Source: Felis catus
Lineage: Eukaryota
DNA: 64,000 nt
Direction of reading: 5' to 3'
NCBI RefSeq assembly: GCF_018350175.1
Contig: NC_058368.1
Coordinates: forward strand, 87,298,001 to 87,362,000
A model generated the notes under the pieces. It made no database searches. It was given only the letters and a program-made list of their open reading frames with translations, and had not been told where the DNA came from. Position numbers and translations under genes: made by a program. Shown in pieces: positions 49,621-61,767 of the stretch (position 1 is its first letter; each line of letters begins with the position of its first letter).

Positions 49621-49823
49621 GGGGGCGTCTGGGGGGGGGGGCGGGGCTCAGTCAGCTGAGCATCCGACTTTAGCTCAAGTCATGACCTCATGGTTTGTGA
49701 GTTCGACCCTCATGTCAGGCTCTAGACTGACAGTTCAGAACATGGAGCCTGCTTCAGATTCTGTGTCTCCATCTCTCTCTGCCTCTCTCTCTGTCTCAAA
49801 AATGAATAAACATTAAAAAAAAA
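49621..49823 (+). mobile_element. CanSINE with poly-G expansion in the head
   Basis: TSD AAAGGT(A/G)AAT; G run at 49631-49641. Confidence 0.9.
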
Positions 49824-49975
49824 TAAAGGTGAATGGAATTTGCAGAGAGGGAGGCTGAGGATACATATTGGGGCTGCCAACTTCCTAGATTTCCTCCCCT
49901 CCTCCCCCAGCTCCACCTGCCTGGGCTCTTCATGCCAGACTTGCAAGGCACCACCCTCTCCTCTCTTGAGATTAT

Positions 49976-50072
49976 ATTTTTTTAAGTAAGCTCTACGCCC
50001 AACATGGGGCTTGAACTCATGTCTCCAAGATCAAGAGTTGGATGCTCTCCTGACCAAACAGACAGGAACCCC
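49976..50072 (-). mobile_element. Short CanSINE variant
   Basis: TTTTAAGTAAGCTCTACGCCCAACATGGGGCTTGAACTC...; TSD AGATTATA. Confidence 0.75.
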
Positions 50073-50208
50073 TAGATTATAATTTTTAATGGTGAAAAAA
50101 AAGAAAGTAGCGTTTCTTAAAAAAAAATAATAATAAAATGATACAATCAACTCCCACACTGACACTTTGTGCTGTTCTTAATTATTAGCAATTTTTTGCA
50201 GTTGTCAG

Positions 50209-50433
50209 ATTTTTTTTTAATTTTTTAAAAGTTTTTATTTATTTTGAAGGAGACAGAGAGAGCATGTGGGGGGGGGGGTGGTACAGAGAGACAGGAAGAC
50301 ACAGAATTCAAAGCAGGCTCCAGGCTCTAAGCTGTCAGAACAGAGCCCGATGCAGGGCTTGAACTCACGAACCATGAGATCATGACCTGAGCTGAAGTCG
50401 GATGCTTAACTGACTGAGCCACACAGGCACCCC
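50209..50433 (-). mobile_element. CanSINE
   Basis: Antisense body ending GAGCCACACAGGCACCCC. Confidence 0.92.
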
Positions 50434-50477
50434 AGAATTCTTTTTTAATTTTCAGAAATACATTAGCTGTATTGCTT

Positions 50478-50929
50478 TGTTTCAATTTTTTATTTAAATT
50501 CCATTTAGTTAACATACAGTGTATTATTATTTGCAGGAATAGAATTTAGTGATTCATCACTTACATATAACACCCAGTGCTCGTCCCAACCTGTGCCCTC
50601 CTTAAGGTCCTCCATTCTTTTAGCCCATCCCCTGGCCACCTACCCTTCAGCAATCCTCAGTTTACTCTGCATTTAAGAGTCTCTTACAGTTTGTTTTTTT
50701 TTTTATTAAATTTTTTTTTCAACGTTTATTTATTTTTGGGACAGAGAGAGACAGAGCATGAACGGGGGAGGGGCAGAGAGAGAGGGAGACACAGAATTGG
50801 AAACAGGCTCCAGGCTCTGAGCCATCAGCCCAGAGCCCGATGCGGGGCTTGAACTCACGGACCGTGAGATCGTGACCTGGCTGAAGTCGGACGCTTAACC
50901 GACTGCGCCACCCAGTCTCTTACAGTTTG
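50478..50929 (-). mobile_element. Old L1 3' end fragment split by a SINE
   Basis: TTAGTTAACATACAGTG...GATTCATCACTTACATATAACACCCAGTGCTC. Confidence 0.85.
50694..50913 (-). mobile_element. Very young CanSINE (GGCGCAGTCGG / CAGCCAGG / GGGCTGATGG type)
   Basis: CpG-rich, long T tail, perfect 16-bp TSD AGTCTCTTACAGTTTG at 50678-50693 and 50914-50929; first ~9 nt missing. Confidence 0.95.
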
Positions 50930-51359
50930 AAGAAGTAGTGTTTTATAGAAGAACTGGAAGAAAAATGGAGCAAGCTACCACCATCACTGCTGACATGTAG
51001 ATTCTAGGAAGGTGAACTTCTATTAGAGTAAGAGGCAGGAGAGCCAGGCCGGGTGTGGCCAGTGAGACCCACTCTCAGTGCAGGCACTGGACGCATGGAG
51101 TGCTCAGCTTCACTCTGGGACCAAACCACCGCATGTCTGAGCATAATAACTGTGGGAACAGGTCTAGTTGGACAGCCCTGACTTTATACAAACTCCTAGT
51201 CTCTTTTACCCTTACCTGCTCTTCCTACACTTAATGATAATTCTACTTCCTATCGCCCAGGCAATGAGGTTACTTTCTTGACCTTCTATTTGGTTTATTG
51301 GTTTATTCACACCCATTCACCAGGGTATTTCTATTTTTGCACCAATATCACCACGGTAT

Positions 51360-51870
51360 TTTTTCTGGTTTTCTTGAGAGTAACTGACATATAACATTCA
51401 TTGTATAACTTTAAGGTATATAACATAACAATTTGATATATGTATATATTTCAAAATGATTACAATAAGAATAATTAATAAGCAACACCACACATATTTA
51501 TAATTTTTCCTTATGATGAGGACTTTTAAGATCTACTCTTAGGGGCGCCTGGGTGGCTCAGTCGGTTAAGCGGCCGACTTCGGCTCAGGTCATGATCTCA
51601 CGGTCTGTGAGTTCGAGCCCCGTGTCGGCTCTGTGCTGACAGCTCAGAGCCTGGAGCCTGTTTCAGATTCTGTGTCTCCCTCTCTCTGACCCTACCCCGT
51701 TCATGCTCTGTCTCTCTCTGTCTCAAAAATAAATAAATGTTAAAAAAAATCTACTCTTAACCACTTTCATATATGCAATATAGTATCATTAACTGTAGTC
51801 CCCATATTGTATATTACATCCCTCAAACTGATTTATCTATACGTTCAAGTTTGCACCTTGTGATCACTAC
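51360..51870 (-). mobile_element. Ancient L1M-type 3' end split by a SINE
   Basis: TAACTGACATATAACATT...TTTAAGATCTACTCTTA...CATTAACTGTAGTC...TACATCCC. Confidence 0.7.
51542..51749 (+). mobile_element. Young CanSINE
   Basis: Near-consensus; TSD ATCTACTCTTA on both sides. Confidence 0.95.
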
Positions 51871-51959
51871 CTTTTAATGGGTATGGCCTCATAAAAGTTG
51901 TAACATCTGGCATGGAAAATCTCCTTGGGTGTTTTTCCCCTTTAAAAGTGTCTCTACTT

Positions 51960-52168
51960 GGGGGCGACTGGGTGGTTCCGTAGGTTAGGCATCCAACTTC
52001 AGCTCAGGTCATGATCTTGTGATTCATGAGTTTGAGCCCCACCTCAAGCTCTCTGCTGCCAGCTCAGAGCCGGGATCCAGCTTTGGATTCTGTGTCTCCC
52101 TTACCTCTTCCCCTCCCCTGCTTGCACTCTGTCCCTATCTCAAAAAATAAATAAACATTAAAAAAATG
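51960..52168 (+). mobile_element. CanSINE
   Basis: TSD AAAGTGTCTCTAC on both sides. Confidence 0.93.
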
Positions 52169-52226
52169 TTAAAGTGTCTCTACCTGAATCCTTTCACATG
52201 TATATGTATTTCAAAACATCAAGTTG

Positions 52227-55200
52227 TAAAAGGGAACCAGTTCACATCATGGAACTTGCTTGCACCGTGCAAACACCCAATACTGTGCTTCTGTGGATCC
52301 ATCCCTCCAATGGGTCTGCCTCCCTCCCAGTGCTGAAGGGCACCTCCCATAATGCACCACTCAAAGCAGAGAGCTGAGCCTGCCTCTCCCACCCTGTGCA
52401 CCTTGCAGACCCACCCTGGCTAACATGCCAGATCCCATCAAAGCAGCACCACAAGAGTGGCAGTCTGCAAGTAGCCCAGACAGGGTCCAACCACCCCACA
52501 GTGAGTCCTGCCCCTGGGAGAGGGAAAGATAAGGTACACACCAGTCTGACGGTGGCCCCAGCAGTGGGCTGGGGAGAGACATCAGGTCTGACTGCGGCCC
52601 CACTCCCCGGCACAAGTTACTCCAGACAGCATGGGGGAAGAGCCTTGCAGTTCCCTGCCACTCCAGGGACTACCAAAATAAAGAAACGGAAGAATTCTCC
52701 TCAAAAGAAACTCCAGGAAGTAGCGACAGCTAATGAACTGATCGAAACAATTTAACCAATGTAAAAGAAAATGAATTTAAAATAATAGTCATCAAATTAA
52801 TCACTAGCTTTGAAAAAAGTATAGAGGGCAGCAGAGAATCTATTACTACAGAGATCAAGGGACTAAGAAACAGTCAGGAGGAGCTAAAATATGCTACAAA
52901 TGAGCTGCAAAATAAAAAGGAGGCAACCACAGCTTGGATTGAAGAGGCAGAAGAGAGTATAGGTGAATTAGAAGATAAAATTATGGAAAAAGAAGAAGCT
53001 GAGAAAAAGAGAGATAAAAAAAAATCCAGGAGTATGAGGGGAGAATTAGAGAACTAAGTGACAATATTAAACGAAATAATATACACATAATTGGGATTCC
53101 AGAGGAGGAAGAAGGAGGGAAAGGTGCTGAAGGTGTACTTGAAGAAATCATAGCTGAGAACTTCCCTGATCTGGGGAAGGAAAAAGGCATTGAAATCCAA
53201 GAAGTACAGAGAACTCCCTTCAGACATAACTTGAATCGATCTTCTGCATGACATGTCACAGTGAAACTGGCAAAATAAAAGGATAAAGAGAAAATTCAGA
53301 GAGCCGCTAGAGATAAGCATGCTCTAACATATAAAGGCAGACCGATAAGACTAGTGACAGATCTATCTACTGAAACTTGGCAGGCCAGAAAGGAATGGCA
53401 GGAAATCTTCAATGTGATGAACAGAAAAAAAATATGCAACCAAGGTCCTTTATCCAGCAAGTCTGTCATTCAGAATAGAAGGACAGATAAAGGTCTTCCC
53501 AAACAAACAAAAACTGAAGAAATTCATCACCACTAAACCAGCCCTACAAGAGATCCTAAGGGGGATCCTGTGAGACAAAGTACAAGAGACATCAATGCAA
53601 GTATGAAACCTACAGACATCACAAGGACTCTAAACCCATATCTTTCTATAATAACATTGAATGTAAATGGGTTAAATGTTCCAACCAAAAGACATAGGGT
53701 ATCCGAGTAGATAAAAAAACAAACCCATCTATTTGCTGTCTACAAGACACTCATTTTAGAACTGAGGAAACCTTCAGATTCAAAGTGAGGTAATGGAGAA
53801 CTATCTGTCATGCTACTGAAAGTCAAAAGAAAGCTGGAGTAGCCATAGTTATATCAGACAAACTAGACTTTAAATTAAAGGTTGTAACAAGAGATGAAGA
53901 AGGGCATTATAGAATAATCACAGGGTCTAGCCATCAGGAAGAGCTAACAATTATAACCGTCTATGTGCCAAACACAGGAGCCCCCAAATATATAAAACAA
54001 TTAATCACAAACATGAGTGACCTTATTGATAAGAATGCGGTAATTGCAGGGGACTTTAATACCCCACTTACAACAATGGATAGATCATCTAGAAACACGG
54101 TCAATAAAGAAACAAGGGCCCTGAATGATACATTGGATCAGATGGAGTTGACAGACATATTTAGAACTCTGCATCCCAAAGCAACAGAATATACTTTCTT
54201 CTCAAGTGCACATGGAACCTTCTCCAGGATAGATCACATACTGGGTCACAAAACAGCCCTTCATAAGTATGCAAGAATTGAGATCATACCATGCACACAT
54301 TCAGACCAAAATGCTATGAGCTTGAAAAATAACCACAGGAAAAAGTCTGGAAAACCTCCAAAAGCATGGAGGTTAAAGAACACCCTACTAAAGAATGAGT
54401 GGGTCAACCAGGCAATTAGAGAAGAAATTAAGAAATATATGGAAACAAATGAAAATAAAAATACAACAATCCAAATGCTGTGGGATGCAGCGAAGGTAGT
54501 CCTGAGAGGAAAATACATTGCAATCCAAGCCTATCTCAAGAAACAAGAAAAATCCCAAATACAAAATCTAACAGCACACCTAAAGGAAATAAAAGCAGAA
54601 CAGGAAAGACACCTCAAATACACCAGAAGAAGAGAAATAATTAAGATCAGAGCAGAAGTAAACACTATAGAATCTAAAAAAATTGTAGAGCAGATCAACG
54701 AAACCAAGAGTTGTTTTTTAGAAAAAATAAACAAAATGGATAACCCTCTAGCCAGGCTTCTCAAAAATAAAAGGGGGATGACCCAAATAGATAAAATCAT
54801 GAATGAAAATGGAATTACTGCAACCAATCCCTCAGAGATACAAACAATTATCAGGGGATACTATAAAAAATTATATGCCAACAAACTGGACATCCTGGAA
54901 GAAACAGACACATTCTGAAACACCCGCACACTCCCAAAACTCAATCAGGAGTAAATAGAAAGCTTGAACAGACCCATAACTAGCATAGAAATTGAATCAC
55001 TTATCAAAAATGTCCCAACAAATAAGAGTCCAGTATCAGATGGCTTCCCAGGGGAATTCTACAAGACATTTAAAGCAGAAATAATACTTATCCTTCTCAA
55101 GCTATTCCAAAAAATAGAGGGGAAGGAATACTTTCAGATGCATTCTATGAAGCCAGCATCACCTTGGTTCTCAAACCAGACAGAGACCCAGTAAAAAAAG

Positions 55201-57732
55201 AGAACTAAAGGCCAATATCCCTGATGAATATACATGCAAAATTCTCAATAAGATACTAGCAAATGAAATTCAACAACATATAAAAAGTATTATTCACCAT
55301 GATCAAATGGGATTCATTCCTGGGATACAGGGCTGCCTTAAAATTTCCAAATCAATCAATGTGATACATCACATTAATAAAAGAAAGGATAAGAACCATA
55401 TGATCCTGTCAATTGATGCAGACAAAGCATTTGACAAAATTCAGCATCTTTCCTTAATAAAACCCCTCGAGAAAGTCGGGATAGTTAAACTTAATAAAAG
55501 CCATTTATGAAAAGCCCACAGCTAACATCATCCTCAATGGGGAAAAACTGAGAGCTTTTTCCCTGAGATCAGGAACACGACAGGGATGCCCACTCTCATT
55601 GCTGTTGTTTAACATAGTGTTGGAAGTCCTAGCATCAGCAATCAGAAAACAAAAGGAAATCAAAGGCATCAAAATTGGCAAAGATGAAGTCAAGCTTTCA
55701 CTTTTTGCAGGTGACATGATACTACACATGGAAAATCCGATAGACTCCACCAAAAGTCTGCTAGAACTGATACATGAATTCAGCAAAGTTGCAGGATACA
55801 AAATTAACGTACAGAAATCAGCTGCATTCTTATACACTAACAATGAAGCAACAGAAAGACAAATAAAGAAACTGACCCCATTCACAATTGCACCAAGAAG
55901 CATAAAATACCTAGGAATAAATCTAACCAAAGATGTAAAAGATCTGTATGCTGAAAACTATAGAAAGCTTATGAAGGTAATTAAAGAAGATATAAAGAAA
56001 TGGAAAGACATTCCATGCTCATGGATTGGAAGAATAAGTATTGTCAAAATGTCAATACTACCCAAAGCTATCTACACATTCAATGCAATCCCAATCAAAA
56101 TTGCACCAGCATTCTTCTCGAACCTAGAACAAGCAATCCTAAAATTTGTATGGACCCACAAAAGGCCCTGAATAGCCAAAGCAATTTTGAAAAAGAAGAC
56201 CAAAGCAGGAGGCATCACAATCCCAGACTTCAGCCTCTACTCCAAAGCTGTAATCACCAAGACAGCATGGTATTGGCACAAAAACAGACACATAGACCAA
56301 TGGAATAGAATAGAAACCCCAGAACTAGACCCACAAAAGGATTGCCAACTAATCTTTGACAAAGCAGGAAAGAATATCCAATGGAAAAAAGACAGTCTCT
56401 TTAACAAATGGTGCTGGGAGAAGTGGACAGCAACATGTAGAAGGATGAAACTAGACCACTTTCTTACACCATTCACAAAAACAAACTCAAAATGGATAAA
56501 GGACATGAATGTGAGACAGGAAACCATCAGAACCCTAGAGGAAAAAGCAGTAAAAAACCTATCTGACCTCAGCCGCAGCAATTTCTTACGTGACACATCC
56601 CCAAAGGCAAGGGAATTAAAAGCAAAAATGAACTATTGGGACCTCATGAAGATAAAAAGCTTCTGCACTCCAAAAGAAACAATCAACAAAACTGAAAGGC
56701 AACTAACAGAATCAGAAAAGATATTTGCAAATGACATATCAGACAAAGGGCTAGTATCCAAAATCTGTAAAGAGCTCACCAAACTCCACACCTGAAAAAC
56801 AAATAATCCAGCGAAGAAATGGACAGAATACATGAATAGACCCTTCTGTAAAGAAGATATCCAGATGGGCAACAGGCACATGAAAACATGCTCAATGTTG
56901 CTCCTCATCAGGGAATTACAAATCAAAACCACACTCAGATATCACCTCACGCCAGTCAGAGTCCCCAAATTAACCAATCAGGAGACTATAGATGCTGGCG
57001 AGGATCTGGAGAATTGGGAACCTTCTTGCACCTTTGGCGGGAATGCAAATTGGTGCAGCCGCTCTGGAAAACAGTGTGGAGGTTCCTCAAAAAATTAAAA
57101 ATAGATCTACCCTATGACCCAGCAATAGCACTGCTAGGAATTTACCCAAGGTATACAGGAGTGCTGAAGCATAGGGGCACTTGTCCCCCAATGTTTATAG
57201 CAGCACTCTCAACAATAGCTAAATTATAAAAAAAGCCTAAATGTCCATCAACTGACCAATGGATAAAGAAATTGTGGTTTATATACACAATGGAATACTA
57301 AGTGGCAATGAGAAAGAATGAAATATGGCCTCTTGTAGCAACGTGGAGGAAACTGGAGAGTGTTATGCTAAGTGAAATAAGTCATACAGAGAAAGACAGA
57401 TACCATATGTTTTCACTCTTATGTGGATCCTGAGAAACTTAACAGAAGTCCATGGGGGACGGGAAGGGAAAAAAAAGAGGTTAGAGTGGGAGAGAGCCAA
57501 AGCATAAGAGACTCTTAAAAACTGAAAACAAACTGAGGGTTGATGGGGGGTGGGAGGGAGGGGAGGGTGGGTGATGGGTATTGAAGAGGGCATCTTTTTG
57601 GATGAGCACTGGGTGTTGTATGGAAACCAATTTGACAATAAATTTCATATATTAATAAGTAAATAAATAAATAAAACAGAGTCACTAGGTAAAAAAATAA
57701 AAAAATAATAAAATAATAATAAATAAATAAAA
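52227..57732 (+). mobile_element. Near-full-length young L1 (copy 4), truncated in the 5'UTR, inactivated
   Basis: Starts mid-5'UTR (AAAGGGAACCAG); ORF1 start ATG>ATA (52678), ORF2 start ATG>AGG (53624); RT FADD>FAGD; ORF2 end 57433; bipartite A-rich tail; no clear TSD. Confidence 0.95.
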
Positions 57733-58134
57733 GGCAAAGTGATATTCTCAATTGCTAACGGACCTGAGATAAAACTTATAAAATACTTTTATCTTTTAAG
57801 AACACAGTGTTGCCCCACTAGCATAATGTGGTTTTTGGTTGTTATCCTTTTTTTTTTTTTTTTGTCTTTGTGCTAATAAGGAGAAGATTGTAAAAACCCA
57901 AGGATTAATTTGCTCGCCTTAATGATTTCAAGTCTTTCATTTTCTCCTCACCTTTAGGAAAAACAATTAAGTAACTGATTAATTTAAAAAATCTATATAT
58001 TTCAGTTTTCATGTGACCTTAAGAACACACATAAAACCATGACAGTGACTATTGCAGGGACATACTACATATACAACTTAGTATTACAAATTTTCTTCTA
58101 TAAGCACATAAAAAATTTAGAATAAATAACCTAT

Positions 58135-58337
58135 GGGGAGCCTGAGTGACTCAGTCAGTTAAGCATCTGACTCTTGGTTTAGGCTCAGGTCATGATCTCA
58201 TGGTTCATGGGACTGAGACCCACATTGGGCTCTGCACTGACAGTGCAGAACTTGCATGGAGTTCTCTCCCTCTATCTCTCTGCCCCTCCCCCACTCTGTC
58301 TTTCTCAAAAATACATGAATAAACATTAAAAAATAAA
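58135..58337 (+). mobile_element. CanSINE
   Basis: GGGGAGCCTGAGTGACTCAG head; imperfect TSD AGAATA..TAAC.TAT. Confidence 0.9.
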
Positions 58338-58631
58338 GAATAGGTAACATATTTAAAAAAATCCTTTCCTCTGGACCTCAAAGTCTTTTCTGAGCATCTT
58401 TGTCTCTTGTCCATGAGGAAAAAAACCCACTGCATTCTGAATCCAAACAGCTCATCAGAGGAAAGCATGAGAATGGGAACCAGACTGAGCAGAAGACTTC
58501 AAAGACCAATAGAATTTGTTGAGCCTTCCATTGACAGAATTAGATTATGAACAAAAAAAGTCTAATTTTGGCAGATTGAAAGACAGGAGAGAAATCCTTC
58601 GTGGTGTGCCCCCGTGGGTCCACCATCTCTA

Positions 58632-58651
58632 ATGGCTCAGAGCAGTTGCAG
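58632..58651 (+). CDS. Candidate upstream coding mini-exon A (MAQSSC+AG) of the OR at 63859-64000
   Basis: ATG 58632, open to a perfect donor CAG|GTAAGT at 58651/58652, phase 2, matching the phase of the acceptor at 63858. Confidence 0.35.
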
Positions 58652-58875
58652 GTAAGTGCTGAGGTGACTGAGAACTCACCACAGAAGACATTCAGATGAA
58701 AGGCTAATTTCCATCTGAGATGAGGTCCCAGTGGCCTTATTAGTCTTAGCAAGCTGAGTCTTTCTGGGATAGGCAGGACATTTCCAGGGCACTGGTTGCT
58801 GTGATCTCTCCATGATTCTGTGCACCAAGATGTTAATAAAAGCAGGTCTTTAAATCTAAGCCCCTTTCAACAACT

Positions 58876-58889
58876 ATGGTATTCTGGAG
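58876..58889 (+). CDS. Candidate upstream coding mini-exon B (MVFW+AG) of the OR at 63859-64000
   Basis: Strong Kozak ACTATGG, donor GAG|GTAAGT at 58889/58890, phase 2. Confidence 0.4.
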
Positions 58890-60829
58890 GTAAGTCATTT
58901 ACCCCACTGATCAAGTCGTGATCAAGCCTGGACTGAAATACCATACCATAAAATCCTATGAAAAAAGGCAGTGGGAACCTCACGGATGTCTTTGGGAATG
59001 GCTATGACTGAGAGGCTGAAAGGGAAAGGAATATATTCCAAGCACAAACTCAAAAGAGACTGAGATTAGTGTGTGTGTTCTCCCTAGTCAATCTCTGGAT
59101 TTTCAGAAACTTCAGAAATCCACATCTTCAGTTAAGGGTAGTGTATTTTGGTATTTGCATTGAGTTTCCAATGCCAGGCACTCGCCACAGTGGCTCAACA
59201 TCTAGCTGAGCCATTTGTAAGAGAATATAGATAACTGTCACATGAGAATGAAAATGGAATTAGGCATGAAATTAGATAAATACAACTGAAAAAGTAAGAT
59301 TCATTTATTTCATTATTAATAGTTAATATCAATTTAATTAATATACTAATTTAATTAATATATTAATGATTTTAAATATTAGTAGCAAAAACAGAAAAAA
59401 ACTTCAGCAGGAATGCATTGGTGATACAAAATGAAAATTGTTGACAATTCAAGTATTTAGGTGCAGATGGGGAGAGAAATGTTAACTGTATTAAATGATT
59501 ATGTAGCAGCCAAAAGAATATTTTCCTAAATTCCAAGTTGCTGGTGTAAAACTAATTTCTGTAAAACCTTGCAGGTAGCAGACGCAATGATGTTCGGATC
59601 ATCAGAATTGCTGGAGGCAGTGGGGGGAATGTGGGAGCCAATGTATGTGCATGTGGACAGGCCCGATGAGGTCAGCAAAGGAAAACCAGGGAACTGTCAG
59701 AAATTAGAGAACAACCAAAGATCTCTGTGCAGGGTGCAATGGGGGACCTAGTTTTATCATGAATCCATAATATCCAACACAGAAACACTTCTTAGTCCCC
59801 CAGAATGTGCACAAAGTCCAGGTGACACATTGTTCTTTCCTCAGTGGGTACTCCTTTTGTTGTTACTCTGCTCTGTTTTAGATTTGTCTGGCTTGCCCAA
59901 ATGTATACCTAGATTCTCCAGTGTTCATCACCATCTGTAACCACAACTTTCTTTAGGCTCTGACTGGTGTTTTACCTGAATTATCAAGACTGGACAGGTA
60001 AAACAGATGGGTCAGGAAAGGCAAGTGTAGGAACCAGTTTCCTGAGGAGGAACCACAGAGCCATTGCCTTGGGGTATTGGCAGAGTTGAGGTCCAGAGCA
60101 CAGACTGTGGGACCACACAGTGCTGGTTGCATAGGAAGGACTTGCAATGAATGGAGAGAGTGTCTGTAGCCTACTCTAACACAGCTTGCACAAACAACAT
60201 CAGTAGCATAAATTCCAGTAGTGATAATATCTCATATGAGCAGAGATTGTCACACAGGGTCACAGAACACCAAAGGAAGTGACATAGTCAGCAGTGTTTT
60301 ATAAGCAGTTTGAAAATGTCCCTGGGACACTTTTGATATTTAATCACACAAGAAGTCGAGATGTGTAGACATGTATTATTAGGAAAAACCACAGCCAACT
60401 TATGGAGTGAGGGCCAAATGAGACAAATATGTATGCTAAATTAATATGCTTTAAGTTCAACTGGTCTAGGCTTTTCCAGGTGTGGGAAGAGAGCTGCTAA
60501 GTGGCTGTTTGTTTCCACCCTCTGTCACAAAAAGGAGAACACTGAGCATGCAACGTCATAAAATATATCATTAGCTCTCAAATGTATGGTGGTTTCATCA
60601 GTGATCAATGAAAATATCACTTAATGACACATTAGATGTCAAATTCTGCTCTAGAAAAAGGCAGATGTGACTCAGGATAAGTACAGAAGTCGACTTTTTT
60701 TTTTTCCAGAGAGAAAACATAAATTTCAACCTAAAACAACTTAAGCAGAAACTCAACTTGATTCTAAAAACAAAAGGGTAGAAAAATCAAACGATGCTAG
60801 TGTCAAAAGAATAACAGAGATAGGTGGGT

Positions 60830-61185
60830 TTTTGTCCAGTTTATTAAGATATAATTGATATAAATCACAGTATAAATTTTAACTGTACAGCATAATGGTT
60901 TGACTTACATATATTATGAAATCTTTATGTCCCTTACTGAGATAGATACAATTAAAAGCAAAAAAAGAAAAAGAAAAAAAAAAGTTTTCCTTTTGATGAG
61001 AACCCTTAGGGTCTACTCTCTTAGCAAAGTTCATATACATTATAGAGCAGTGTTATCTATAGGCATCATTTATATATTACATCCTTTACTTATTTTATAA
61101 CTGGAAGTGGGTAACTTTTGACCACCTTCCTGCAGTTCACCTTACCCCCTACCACAAACCTGTTGTAATTACAAATCTGATCCCT
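60830..61185 (-). mobile_element. Ancient L1M-type 3' end
   Basis: TTTATTAAGATATAATTGA...GAGAACCCTTAGGGTCTACTCTCTTAGCAA...ATAACTGGAAGT. Confidence 0.7.
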
Positions 61186-61411
61186 CCCCCCCCCCCCGAT
61201 TCTGCTTTTAATTAATTCTGAAACAGAGTGTCATAGAAATCTGAACACTAAAATTACGCTAGATTTTTTGTGTGTATTATGCACAAGATTATTTTGAGTT
61301 CTAATTTCCTCATTTACATGGGGGTGTAACGATAAAGCTCAAGAACTAGATTTTAAGGAAATTCATTTCCAGCTCTAGTTCTCCACTCCAAATAACATGA
61401 TTTCAATACTG

Positions 61412-61637
61412 ATTTTTATCTTTTTTAAATTTTCTTAATGTTTATTTATTTTTGACAGAGAGAGACAGAGCATGAGTTCGGGAGGGGCAGAGAGAGAGGG
61501 AGACACAGAATCTGAAACAGGCTCCAGGCTCAGAGCTGTCAGCACAGAGCCTGATGCGGGGTTCCAACTCATGGACAGTGAGATCATGACCTGAGCCAAA
61601 GTCAGACACTCAACCAACTGAGCCAACCAGGAGCCCC
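61412..61637 (-). mobile_element. CanSINE
   Basis: Antisense body ending CCAGGAGCCCC; TSD TCAATACTG. Confidence 0.92.
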
Positions 61638-61767
61638 TCAATACTGCTTTTTAAAAAATAAAAGTGCATATTTAAAAAAACTTCCTTTTCAAATTTAAAT
61701 CTTGTACTTTGAACAGTATATCATTAAGGCAATCATTTCCTTTAACATGAAATGACATATCCTACAT

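Noticed and set aside
56790..56800. TGA stop shared by L1 copies 2, 3 and 4 (CACCTGAAAA) as evidence of gene conversion
   Set aside because: Explained by independent CpG decay of CGA; copy 1 shows the reciprocal CAA
59300..59380. Dense TAAT/ATTA tract as an OR enhancer
   Set aside because: Almost pure AT low-complexity sequence with no adjacent O/E site; TAAT hits are expected by chance
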